From contig NC_045696.1 in the NCBI RefSeq assembly GCF_009834535.1, positions 66,156,001 to 66,220,000 on the forward strand: a stretch of 64,000 nt of DNA, read 5' to 3'. The DNA is from Camelus ferus (taxonomy: Eukaryota). The notes beneath the pieces are model-generated. The model had not been told where the DNA came from. It worked only from the letters and a program-made list of their open reading frames with translations, and did no database searches. This document shows, in pieces, positions 13,340 to 25,262 of this stretch (positions are counted from its first letter, which is position 1; the number at the start of each line of letters is the position of its first letter). A program made the position numbers and the translations under genes.

Positions 13340-13525
13340 ACCAGAGCATGGATGACCTTTGGTAACATTGACAGGGAGGGGCAAGAGTGCGGTTTCCAAG
13401 GTCTGGTGATGCTCTATTCCTTACTCAGGTGAGTGTTACCTGATGATGCATTTATAAAAATTCGGCAATTTGTACCTTTAATATCTATGTAATTGAGTGT
13501 TAACATGTTACATTTCTGTAAAAAA
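13340..13525 (+). mobile_element. L1M 3'-end fragment
   Basis: gacagggaggggcaagagtgcggtttccaaggtctggtgatgctctattcctt...tgtacctttaa resembles L1M 3' UTR. Confidence 0.6.
13357..13449 (-). other. Homologue of human IL1RAP 5'UTR exon 2, inside an antisense L1M 3' end; use as an exon here is doubtful
   Basis: Minus strand gcatcatcaggtaacactcacctgag...gcactcttgcccctccctgtcaatgttaccaaag resembles recalled human exon 2 (gcatcgtcatgtgatcatcacctaag...cactcttgcccctccctttaatatctcaaag). It lies ~9 kb from the ATG exon. The acceptor position reads AT and the donor is gtcatc. Confidence 0.6.
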
Positions 13526-15189
13526 CATATGGACAAACTTTTGCTTGATTGAAGTTAAAGGGTGATTTAAAACAACAGGGAGAGGTTAGAGAAAGGTATA
13601 GGATAACAATATAACTTTAAATCAAGACAGAATCAACACAGAATGTGACAAGGAGGCATCTCAAGGAGCTTTAGGTTGGGGGAAAATATTTATGATGAAT
13701 ATATCTAACATTCCTTCTAGTTCACTCAGCAAATATCCGTCAAGCTCCGGACACAGTCCGGAAGGGAAGGAGGGCTGGAAACCACTGCTGTTCTCATGGA
13801 GCTTGTGGTCCTGAGACATAAATTCCTCAGTCTGGGGAACAGGGCTGCAGAAGCACTTCACAGCAGTGAGGGTGTGCAGGAGGGAGCGGCTCACTGGGGA
13901 AATGGGATGTTATTTGAAGTTCAAGTAGAGAATTAGGTGAAATTTAAACTGCCACCAACACAAAACGGTCAAATCACCTTACAGACTAAGACTGAGTCAC
14001 CTCCACGTTAGGAAATTCATTACTTTTCTCAGCATAGAAAAGCTTCTTAGCCATCTGAGGTTTTCTCCCCTTAAATTTCATGTAACGACATTGCCACTAA
14101 TAACCTCTCTAATTCAAAGCGATGGTCTGAAGATCACGATCCTGTCTGGGAGGCTCTCTAGAGAAAGACACCGTCTACACACTGTTAGAGAGGCCACAAG
14201 GAACAAAACTACAGCCAAGTTTTCATAGATTTCTCCATAAAGACTGCACGCTCTAGCTTCTGAGGACACCGAATTGAATTTTGTTCAAATCAAGAAGTAT
14301 TTATTGAGCCCCTATTTCATACACTTTAATAGAAACTGTGCAGTATACAAAAATAAACTCACAGTTCTTATAATCATGGGTCTCAGTTTGGGAGCAAAGT
14401 CAGACTTATAAAAACAAAATAAATAGAAAGAAAAGCATAGAAAAAAGAACAAGTGAATGGTCAGGGACAGTACAATTATATCAAAGCGCATGATGAAAAC
14501 TATCATATCCTACGGTGAGCATTCTGCCAAAGGACCATGTGACTAGAGGATTTTAAACACAATGTGTCACATATCTCTTTCTTGAAGACTCCCAATATAC
14601 CTTCACATTTTAAAGGCTCAGGCAGTCTACCAAGCAAATACTGTGGCTGACTTGTTTTAACCCAGCATTAACCAAAGTTACCTGGCCAGATAACCCTTTT
14701 TGATGCATTGTACCTCTTAGGGTTCCACTGGAAATACTGAAATAAACAGTGAGAGCTCTAATGAGGGAAGGGACAGCCTCCAGTCCTAATTCCCAGATCA
14801 ATTCTCAATCCATCAGATACTGATGCTTTTCAGAATCACCCAACTCTACTTGAGACAGAACCAGGGAAAGCAACGAATCCCAGCCTTCCTCCAGCTTCAC
14901 CTCCCTCTGCAGCCTTGCCTGGTTCTCTCTTAGCTCAGTGCTGGCTGAAAGTAAACTATGTTTTCTCCGAAAACGCTAGACAGATATCTGTACCTTCTTT
15001 AGAGTCCAGAGATAATTTTGTCCTAATCTGTTTTAGTTAGGTTTTTTCCTTTCCCTTTTTTAGGCTAGGACTCCAAGTCTGTGTCCACAGTATAGTCTGA
15101 AGCTATTACACAACAAACACGTGTAATTATAGGGCAACTGCTAGGGGGTAGACAGAACATCTCCCTAGGATACAGTCAACCTCTGTCCT

Positions 15190-15370
15190 AGTTTGCTGTT
15201 GGTCACTTTTTAACTGGGAGCCCTTGGATAATTTACTTAACCCCTGTGAACTCTGGTATCGTTATCAGTAAAATGGAATGTCAAATATTACTTCATAGGC
15301 TGCGATGAGGATCTCATTAGGTATTTATGAAAGAGCTTCATAAATGGTGAAGTATGATGCAAATATGAAG
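15190..15370 (+). mobile_element. MIR SINE
   Basis: ccttggataatttacttaacccctgtgaactctggtatcgttatcagtaaaatgg core. Confidence 0.65.
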
Positions 15371-16659
15371 CGCTGACACTTCTACTTTGCACACATGTTT
15401 ACATGAGCCCTTGAGATTTTAGCAAAGCTAAAAGAGCCAAGTCTCTTCCAGGGGTGGGTCTTAACTGATATTACTGTGGGTTCTGTGACCCTCACCAAGA
15501 TCCACTGCCCCAAAGTGGATCTGCCTTCAGAAATCAGACTTGAATGGGTCTAAGCCATCCCCGGTCTCACACACCTTCAGTTGTCCTTTCACACAAGCAC
15601 TTCCCTCTGCTTGTTAGAGGAAAAAAAAAAAATGCTTGCTAGAGATCATCCATCAGACTAGAGCTTCACATGCTCCCGTGTTCAGGGACCTGAAAGTTTC
15701 AGTAGCTTCAGCTACTTGAACAGACCCTGCAGCACGCGGGGGTTCCTCATTGCCAATTACACAGAGAGACAGGAGGGTTGAGTCCCGGGTCCTAGCCCCG
15801 CCTCTTACATGAATTAGCTGTGTGACTTTGCCAATGCACTTTACTGTCCTGGTGCCTCAGTTTCCACAACTAGCTTTGCTAAGAAGGGTTAAATGCAAAA
15901 GCTAAATCAGAACTTTCACAGAAGCCTTACCATGGACCAGACCGACACTGTGCCAATCGTGGGATGCCAATCCCGAGGTGCCAATCGTGAGAAAGCACAG
16001 GGCTTCGGGACAGCCTCTGGCTTCAGGCATTCTGTCTACTGGAGAACACAGTCCAGTAGGCATTCTCCTCATCCCCACCCCCAATCTTGTCCCTGAAACA
16101 CAAAGGTAACATTCCAGATCTTCCTGGGAACCCACATAAGCCAAAACTAGAAAGCCTTAAAGAAAATATTATCTCTCTGTATCTAAAGTGTTAAAGAAAA
16201 TCCCCTTATGAACTAACACTGAGGAGGTCTGTGTGAGTCTGTGTCCCTGTTGAGAAAATTCTATGGCTTCTTTCACTGATTTTTGGACATGGGGATCATC
16301 CTGACAGATGGCAATGTGCACCCACCAGTCCCGTAGTCTGGGATGTGACCTCAGTCAACCAGATCACTCTGGATGGAGGGAAGGGGTGGGAGCAGTTCTG
16401 GCCACAGTTCTTTACATAAGCATTTGACATTTGGTGACTTTATTGCCAATAAAGTAAGACCACACCATCCCCCTTCATCGGAATGAGAATGAGCTGGAAT
16501 TTTATAGTGTTACTATCCACTGATTCATAAACCACTGAAGACTCAAGTGACCCTAATTTCAACAAGTATGCCTTATCTTCAGTATACAGTGACTTAGGAA
16601 AACAAAACAAAATAAAACACTGCCTTCACAGGGAGGTGTTCAAACGGTGTTTAATATGA

Positions 16660-16925
16660 GGGATGGGAAGGGACAGACTGGGATTTCAAATTTTGTAGAT
16701 ACTGACAGGCATATGCAGAATAAGATAAACAAGATTATACTGTATGGCACAGGGAAATATATACAAGATCTGGTGGTAGCTCACAGCAAAAAAAAAAAAA
16801 AGTGACAATGAATATATGTATGTTCATGTATAACTGAAAAATTGTGCTCTACACTGGAATTTGACATAACATTGTAGAATGACTATAACGCAATAAAAAA
16901 TGTTAAAAAAAAAAGAAAAAAGAAA
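16660..16925 (+). mobile_element. Lineage-specific L1 3' end with A tail (camelid/cetartiodactyl type)
   Basis: ataaacaagattatactgtatggcacagggaaatatatacaagatc...gactataacgcaataaaaaatgttaaaaaaaaa. Confidence 0.8.
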
Positions 16926-16962
16926 ATTGGGCAGGATGGCAGAACACATACTAAAAAATACT

Positions 16963-17016
16963 ATATATACATATATATGTATATATATATATACATACAC
17001 ACACACACACACACAT
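16963..17016. repeat. (TA)n(CA)n compound microsatellite
   Basis: Seen directly. Confidence 0.85.
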
Positions 17017-17249
17017 AGAGTACAAGGTGGGTATTTTGTGGCTGCACCATTTTTTTAGGGGCATCTTTTCCAATGCAAGGCTAATAAACAGTAACTGAGT
17101 ACCCACTATGTGGACCCTCTGTGCTAAATGCTAAAGGAGGAAACGGATTTTTAACATGCCCCCGGCATCCAGGAACTCACAACGTAGCAGGGGTCTCCAG
17201 CACGTACTTTGTTAATTTAACCTTGTGGATAAAAGCCTGTTCTTTTAGT

Positions 17250-17410
17250 TCAATGTTCCAGTCCCTAGTTCTGCCACTTAATACCAATGGAATACTGGTC
17301 AAGTTACTTAATCTGTCTGAGACTTAGTTTTCTCATCTGTAAAAAGGGGAGAGTAACGGCATATAATTCATATGTTTGTTGACAGAGTTATATGGCTGAA
17401 CATATATAAA
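17250..17410 (+). mobile_element. MIR SINE
   Basis: ggtcaagttacttaatctgtctgagacttagttttctcatctgtaaaaagggg. Confidence 0.8.
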
Positions 17411-20189
17411 ATAATATTTGCTACGATTATTTATTTAACTGTGCAAAACAGTTTAGCTGTGTTTACTCCTGTGTTGTTATGCACACAGTCGAAAGAGCAT
17501 GCTGTGGGGGGATGGGTCGGGCACGGGTATTCCTTGAACTAGATCACCCTACAGCTGGATTCTGAAGACAGGTAACAGTCTGAAATGCAGCCATGCACAG
17601 AAAGAAAGGCATTTAGAGCAAAAGTCAAATGAAACAAGCCTTACTTTTTACCACTAAGCACAGAACAGGACGGAAAACTTGTTGAAAAATTCTAATTAGA
17701 TGAATATTATCTTGCAGTTATGAAGTCCCTAGAAGCACATACCAGGAACAATGATTCAGAATACGAATTTTACTCTGCACATCATTTCAAGGGCATGACA
17801 CTCCTTGGAGCCACGAATCATATCAACGCATGGTTACCACATTCTGCCCTAGGTAGCAGTACTCGTGATTACAGGAGTTAATAGGACATTACCCAAGCAA
17901 TGGGGCCACTGAAAAGCATGTTTGATTATGCTGACACTGCCAGTTCAAGAATGGAAGCCTTTCTTATTAGCACACAAAAATATTTTTTTGAAAACCCTTT
18001 GCCATTCACAAAGTTTCCCCCCCAACACACACACACACACGCATACATATTCATTTAAACCTCTGGAGACTGCCTGGAGTTTGCTAGTTAACATCGATCT
18101 CATTTTACAGAGGAAGTAGTGATTCTCCAAAGTTCCACAGATGCCTGGTGAAGCCGTGTTTCAACTCAGATACCATGACACCAGATCTCATGATCTTTCC
18201 ACTACATGTTCCCTCTCTGCTCTTGTCATTACTTTAAAAGTCTGTTAGAGACACAGGGGCCACAGAAACACCATTTTGTACTGGAGTCTGAATGTCTACC
18301 TTCTCGCTAGCGAACAATCTCAGCATTCATCATGTCCTAAAGAAAATCCCATGTTGCTTCACATCATTGATCTGTGGCTGTCTCCAACAAAAGGACCTGA
18401 ATGCCTGTCGTGGCCCTGGGAATTTTAAATAAGAAGTCAATGAGAGATGCTGGTAAGTGGTTCTGTAATTGTCTAGGGGCGGATAAAGCCTTGGTGGAAT
18501 AATAATCGTATCAATATGCTGGCTACATGAATGATCCTGCAGTGAATTACAACAGGGTACTTCAACTCCAAAGCCAAGGGTGGCACATTTGCATAATTAA
18601 TCTCGCTTTGCAATAACCCCGCAGGGTCAGCAACACTGGCATTCTGCAGCCGAAATTAATGTCTTATTATTTTAGTCCCCTTTGGTGTTTCTTTGGATTC
18701 AGGAAAATAATATCAGATTCAGCAGCTCTGTTGACACAGACAGGGTTTTAAAGGATCGCTAAGTTATTAAGAAAAAAAAAAAAACCTTACATAAATCCTA
18801 GGAGGTAAGACAGAGGATGAATTGGACACTCGGTCCTAATACACCTACTAAATTCAAGGCTCTTGATATACAAATTTTTTATTTTATCCTTGGATTAACT
18901 TAGACCCTCCAAAGACGACGTATTGATCCATATTGTCCAGCTTGGGCTTCTACAAAATGATTTTAAGAAATTACATTTTGGCATTATGCCCTCATTTTAG
19001 AGAAACATTAGGTTGTTAATATTAGATGAAATATTAGGCCAAAAAGTTATCTTTTTCTGCATGACTTCTCAGGGCCTTTAGAATGCTAATGCACACTGTG
19101 AAAGCAAATTACTTAAGAATCATTAACAGCGCTCCTCAAACTCAATTGGCTTTAGGAATCTTTGTTTAAAATATCTCCAAGCATTAGAATTCTTCCCACA
19201 GCTCATAAATGCTGACTGAAGTTCTTTTAGGGAAAAAAGAAAAAGAAAAAGGGTTTCATCTGTATAAGGCAACCCAGCAACAGACTAAGCTTTGAAAAGT
19301 TCCTGTCAGTTCTCTCAGGAGGTGTGCTAGAGAAAGCTCTTAGTGAGGTAAGGGGTCATGAATTCTTAACTGGAGGAAAAAAGTGGGAAATTTCAAATCA
19401 ATTTTCTAATTTGCGAAACCATCCCTGTGGCAAGTTGATGGAGAAACAGGAGCATAATGACTAGCTAAAGTGAGACCCAGGACATGCTGGTGGATGTAAG
19501 TACAGTAATGCTACGCTCGGCCAGTATAGCTAATTGGAGCTGATAATGACTTCACTTCTTCCGGCATTTCTGATGCTTAAAGACTGTTGCTGAATCAGAA
19601 CATAGGACACCACAGAGGAGTCAGAAAACAGAGGGGAGCTCTTATTTCTCCAATTATAAAAGGAGTCAGCATACATGAGGAGACCTGGCAAATAACCCTT
19701 TCACCTCTACGACCTGAGTATATGCTAGAGGAATTAAAGTGCTATTATTTTTAATTGGTCTGCCCTACTCTGAAAAAGAGAAAGATGAGAAAATGTGTAT
19801 TCATTAGGCTGACCTAAAAACCAGTGAGTGCCTTTTTGCATATAAATATTCTTTCTATCCACTGACACTTGAAAAGCAGACTGAAATCTTGCTCTCCAAA
19901 GCCAAATGAAGAGATGCTTAGCACATCACAAACAAGAAGGCTGTAAAAGCCTTAGGTAAGTTTTGGGTGCCATGAGGACACCTGTAAAGGCTGACTAATG
20001 ACCAGGACCAAATCAATCTTCCCACACAGCCCATCTTAATTCTATTTCCCTGCTGTCCTTCCTACGACATTCTGGCTCCTCCAGGATCAGGCGGTACAAT
20101 CATCTAGACAATGCTTTTCCACATCACTCTTCATATAAGCTGGGCTGCGGCTACAGGTACACGCACAGATGGTGCTATAAATCACCACC

Positions 20190-20530
20190 ACACCTCCCTT
20201 CCCTTTTAATCATCCCTTCTGCCTGAGATGCCCTGCATCCCCTCTTCACATGTACAAACACTGCCCATCTTTCAAGATCTATTTCCAAAAACATTTCCTT
20301 CATGAAACCTCCCTGCTTCCTTTAGGCAGATGTAATTTATTCCTTCTCCCTACAACTTTGCCTTCTAGTTGCAGTAATGTGGTCCTTTACCCTGCACTAC
20401 AGTTAAGTGTGTATGCCTTTTCTCTTGAGACCCTTGAGAACAGTAGTCTACCTCTGAGGAGTGTCTATCTCTCAGGGCCTCACACTAAGCCTGGCACACG
20501 GAAGTGCTCCGTACCGTGGGCTGAAGGATT
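20190..20530 (+). mobile_element. L2 3' fragment
   Basis: ccatctttcaagatctattt...gcctggcacacggaagtgctc resembles the L2 3' end. Confidence 0.55.
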
Positions 20531-21344
20531 GTGGTCTTCTGCACGGAGTGATCCTACGGGCTGTTTCTCAATCCAGGAAAACACGATGATGCTTTCATTT
20601 GTTTTCCACACCTCTGGCCTCTCAACATTCATTTCTGTCTCCAGACTCTCTTTAAGGAGATGTCTCCTCACTAAAATCTGTCAGTACGATTTACAAGAAT
20701 ACCCTGGGATTGTCAACAGCCCCATTAGTGTAAGACTCGGTTACGCCTTATAACGCACACATTTGTGTGTATCCTGTGTGTGATGACAATGAGAGAGACC
20801 CTCACTCCTGTCCACGTATCCACATAGGGGAGCTTCTGGGACTAACCCCAGAATAATGTTTAATTTGGATTCATAGTGTCTGATTCAACATTACTGCAGC
20901 TCATTATTTTTTTGGCTAAAGTGAAATCCCCTGAGTGTGCTGGTGCTGAGCAAGAAAATTCCCTTTTTCCTGACTGTGTATGTTCCAGTGAATGACTGGA
21001 TTTCTACCTGCCACTGCTAACACCTCAAATGCTCTAAGGCAGCATCTAGGCTTAGAAAGGAAGAGCTGATGGGAAGATGTAGCAGACTTTCCTTTGACCA
21101 CTTCATATCACTCCCCAAACCCTGCACTCTGGAACTTTTCACCTGAAGCACGATTTGGGTCAAGAGAGAGGAGTGTGGTCAGGAACCAGAAGAAAGCAGG
21201 AAGTGAAGAGGTTATAAGCCAAGCCAGGAGTACATGTGGAGAGAAGCGACCCCTAGGATATTTGACTCTGAGAACACTATCCGTTCACTCATTCAACAAA
21301 TATTTTCCAAATCCTCACTGTATACAAGGTGCCTTACTCAACTG

Positions 21345-21570
21345 CAATAATTCATGCTCTGACAGTATACACAGTGCTCTTTCCATGTCTTTCTTACTTT
21401 ATTTGATATTCACAACCCTTATTCAGAAAGGAATAGAATTTTTTTGTTTTACAGATGAAGAAATTAGGTGCAAAAAAGTGAAGTGTCTTACTCAAGATAT
21501 CACAGCAATCAAATAGCAGTGCTCGGTTTTAAATAAGATGCTCTGGTTGCAGCAGTGTCTATTTCAACTC
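21345..21570 (-). mobile_element. MIR SINE
   Basis: ttttacagatgaagaaattaggtgcaaaaaagtgaagtgtcttactcaagatatcacagc. Confidence 0.75.
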
Positions 21571-22052
21571 TTACATCAACCCCCTCCCCCGCCCAACGCC
21601 CATGGCAGGAGATAAACTAAACATATGAAGGATGTGTTCAATATTTAGTTTGCTGCGTTTCACAAAATAACCCAAAAGATCATTCAAAAGGACAGAGATA
21701 CGCTGGAGCAAGGGTCGTGGACAATGTCAATCTACATTAGTAAAATCCCTGAATTATAAGCAAAAAATATGTTCACTGGGAAAGCAGTTTTTATCGCTTT
21801 GAAAGTAATGGAGTGGCACAAATGAGACTTCTCTGGGAACTGCACAGATTTAGATTATTTGTAATTAGTGTAGCATCACTTGTATAAATGAGGGCACCGC
21901 ATTCAAAGGTTTTAAAGTTGTTTATCCCAGTCGGTTTCCCAAGGAAACACCTTTGTGTTTCCAATCCTGGGCAAACAGAACTCCACTTACCGCCTATAGG
22001 CAGGATATTGAAATTTCACGGGTAGTTTTTAGTAGGTAGGTTAAAATGCTAA

Positions 22053-22272
22053 TGATGGTGGTTGCCAGGGGCTGGGAGAGGAAGGAATAGGGAGTCAGTG
22101 TTTAAAGGGTACAATTTCTGTTGAGGAAGATTAAAAAGTTCAGGAGAGGGGTGGTGGTGATGGCTGCACAACAATGTGAATGTACTTAATGCCACAGAAC
22201 TCTACACTTTCAAAATGGTTAAAATGGTAAATTTGATGTCTATTTTACCATAATAGGAAATAAAAATGTTTT
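22053..22272 (+). mobile_element. L1MB-like 3' end with 9-bp TSD
   Basis: ggtggttgccaggggctggga...gctgcacaacaatgtgaatgtacttaatgccac; flanked by aaatgctaa at 22044-22052 and 22273-22281. Confidence 0.85.
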
Positions 22273-22479
22273 AAATGCTAAAGGATTTTCAAATCAGATT
22301 CCATTATGAAGGTATATAATTTATTATGCAAGGTTAAAGACAAACCTCAGCTGAATCTCTAGTTGATCACGAACTCAGAAAAAAATAACACTTTCGTTCT
22401 AAACTGAATTAGCTTAACATACTAAAATATGTCCTAGCCTCTATTTCAGAACAAATACAAATTAAAAATAAGAAGCTTT

Positions 22480-23616
22480 ATTTCTCTTTTTTGAACAGAA
22501 GGGAGGAGAATGAATTCCTTCTCTCTCCCTTTTTTTTCTTTTATTGGTCAGAGCATCACTTTAGAAAACCAGTAATTGTTACTAGGAAGTTCTTTCTCAA
22601 AGGCCTGGGGAGGCATCTCTTTGAAATGCAAACATCAAGACAGGGAGGGGTGTTACCTCCCCTTTGTCGTGAGAGAGCAGAAGCATCAGTGGAAACCTTG
22701 CTCAGTCGTAAAACCACTCCACATCAGACCCAGCAATCCCTCTTCTGGGTATTGATCCAAAAAAAAAAAAAATTGAGATACATTTGAAATCAGGATACCT
22801 TAAGTCGCCTTATTCACAATAGCCAAGATGTGGAAAAAAACTAAATGTCCATCTACGGATGAATGGATAAAGAAAATGTTTTAGAAACATACAATGTAAT
22901 CCCATTCAGCTTTAAAAAAGAAGGCAGTTCTGCAAAAGGCGACAACGTGGGTGAACTTGGAGGACATTGTGCTAAGTGAAAGAATCTGGTCATAGAAAGA
23001 CAAATACTGCATGATTCCACATAAATGAGTTATCTAAAATAGTGAAATTCATAGAACCAGAGTGGCACAGCGGTTGTCATGGCCTTGGGGGAAGGGGAAA
23101 TGGGAGTTCGTAATCAATGGGAATAAAGCTTTTTGGTTGAAAGAGGTGCATCAGCCCTGGAGATCTGCTGTACAATATCGCATCTACAGCGAACAACGCT
23201 GCACTGCAGGCGTCAATTGTCGTCAAGAGTGTACATCTTATGTTAAGTATTCTTACTACAATAAATCATAATTTTAAAAATGAAAGATATGAGAAGTTTT
23301 CCTTTTGGTTAAAGCCAATTTACTAACCCAGGTGATCACCTCCATTACCAAGTAATGTCAGGATGAACTATGTTGGAAATGATGCTACCAAGTCCTCTTA
23401 CTTGAGAACAAGTTAACCGTTGTCTTGAAAACATGTATGCAGTGGACCGCTTGAGATTTCTTTCTGTTTTTGCAGCCTCTTGGTGGATTGCCTGTGATTC
23501 TCATCACATTCTATTTTAATGCTTATTCAGTAATAAAAGTGTTTTCCTTCTCTCTTACCTTTGTGAAGAGGATTTCTACCTTGAGAGGTTTTGTTTTTAA
23601 CTATATTCCCCCAACA
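22480..23616 (+). mobile_element. ERV1-class solo LTR (MER34/MER39-like) interrupted by an L1 3' end
   Basis: tctttgaaatgcaaacatcaag, caagtcctcttacttgag, aataaa signal and end ...ttcccccaaca; 5' boundary uncertain. Confidence 0.65.
22727..23280 (+). mobile_element. L1MA-like 3' end
   Basis: gacccagcaatccctcttctgggtat...aatgtccatctacggatgaatggataaagaaaatg...gacaaatactgcatgattccac, A-rich end. Confidence 0.88.
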
Positions 23617-23628
23617 CCTCCTAAACCC

Positions 23629-24094
23629 TGTTGACTGAAATAAATGCGCAGCCTGAAAGTTGGCGGGATGACTTGAGCCAGGATGACAGCCTCTCAGATG
23701 GCTCTGAGGGACGGCTCCCAAGAGGTAGGGGAGGAGCTAGGATATATAGGAGCTTTACAACAAAGCCAGGTAGTTGGAACATTAAAAGATTACTTATTAA
23801 CTAAAGAAAACCAGGCATCTCAAGTTAAAGAATTGAGTGCTTTTCTATGTATGGGAGGAAGCAAACATTTGGGCTCATTGAATTCATTCCTTTGACAAGC
23901 ACCTAGCTATCTAGGGCCAGTATCTTGTCCTCTATTATTCTGAGTCCCCTCAGGGTGCACCATTGTGAGTGGCTGCAGAGGCCGGACTGCAGGCTTGTCT
24001 TCACGGGTGGGGGGTGGGGGTGACGGCAGTTGATGACTTGATGGTTTCAGCGTTCTTAGCTTACTGATATGGTTTGCAGTATTTTTCGTTCACA
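23629..24094 (-). mobile_element. ERV1-class solo LTR, 466 bp, 4-bp TSD
   Basis: TG...CA termini with accc at 23625-23628 and 24095-24098; orientation inferred from recalled similarity to laurasiatherian ERV1 LTRs. Confidence 0.8.
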
Positions 24095-25049
24095 ACCCAT
24101 AATGTATAATTTTCACTAAAATAAGGGGGGAAACCTAAAGCGCAGACACACATGAGAAAGACTAATTTTTGTTATTACAAACTGGCAGGAAAACCAGAAG
24201 AAAGGGCCAAATGAACTTCTGGAAGAAAAAGCAAAAGAAATTTTAAAATAACAAGTGAGTATTGATATCTATGAAAACAAATAAATGGTTAATTCTACAT
24301 CCAAGACAGGTAGAAATTTCCCTGTAGACAGGCTCATGAAAGGAGGTCACAGAATGACTTCTAAAAAAAGAACTTTGTGCCTTTTGAGGATGTCAGCTTC
24401 ATAATGGACATCATGAAAATACTGGTCCACCAAAGATAAAAATTGAAGGAAAAAAAAGGATGAAAGTTAAACAGAAGCCTTAAGGAAGGGGGAGGAAATA
24501 AGAGAGGGATGGAAGGAGACAGTGAGATAAAAAGAAAAGAGAGAGACAGAATGAGAATACGAATGTGGATAACAGTAATCATAATTCATAGAGACTAGTC
24601 CCTCAATGGTCTAATCAACCTTCTGCTCTTTCTGCATATCCAGTACCTCCGGGATTTCTCTAAACAAAAATTCTATGACAATTTTGTTAAGCATTTGTTA
24701 GTATTTACCCTCTTCTACGTTGTATTATGGTTATTCCTAAACATTTCTTATCTCTTATTTATTGTGAGCACTTTAAAGTCTTGAAGGAAAAACAGGTTTT
24801 ATTTTGTCTTTTATAATTCATTTTTGTATTCATTACAATGCCACAAGGAGAGAACAGACTTAGAAAATATCCCCTAAATAAATTACTGAATGAATATAAG
24901 TAAAAAGAAGTATTCAAACAATTTTAGTTTTATAATCTAAACGAAATGGATTTAACAGGCATGATGTACTCAAGATGTGTTTTTAATAACAAGAAAAAAA
25001 GCAAGTATCCACTGGGCTTATTCTTACGTAGGTCAAAAAATCTACTGTT

Positions 25050-25262
25050 TGGTTATTTATTTATTTGATTTTTACTTAATTTTATTTTATTTAATTTATA
25101 GTCATATTATCTATATTTACTTTATTATAATTATTTGTATTTATTTTATTATGTTTATTTTAATTATGCTATTATTTGCATATTTATTGTTTTATTTGAT
25201 TTACTTATTCTATTTTATTTACTTATTTTATTCATTTATGTTAATTGTAATTTTATTAATTA
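25050..25262. repeat. T/A-rich low-complexity tract (degenerate ttta/ttattt)
   Basis: Nearly G/C-free; it produces the spurious hydrophobic ORFs 24977-25324 and 25135-25392. Confidence 0.85.

Noticed and set aside
15951..15992. Regularly spaced repeats as a CRISPR-like array
   Set aside because: Only three 8-bp motifs with 6-bp gaps in mammalian DNA; no cas genes, and the geometry is wrong.
20250..20753. Longest ORF in the window (167 aa); likewise 55880-56368 (162 aa)
   Set aside because: Both overlap L2 remnants, with no recognisable domain or exon structure.
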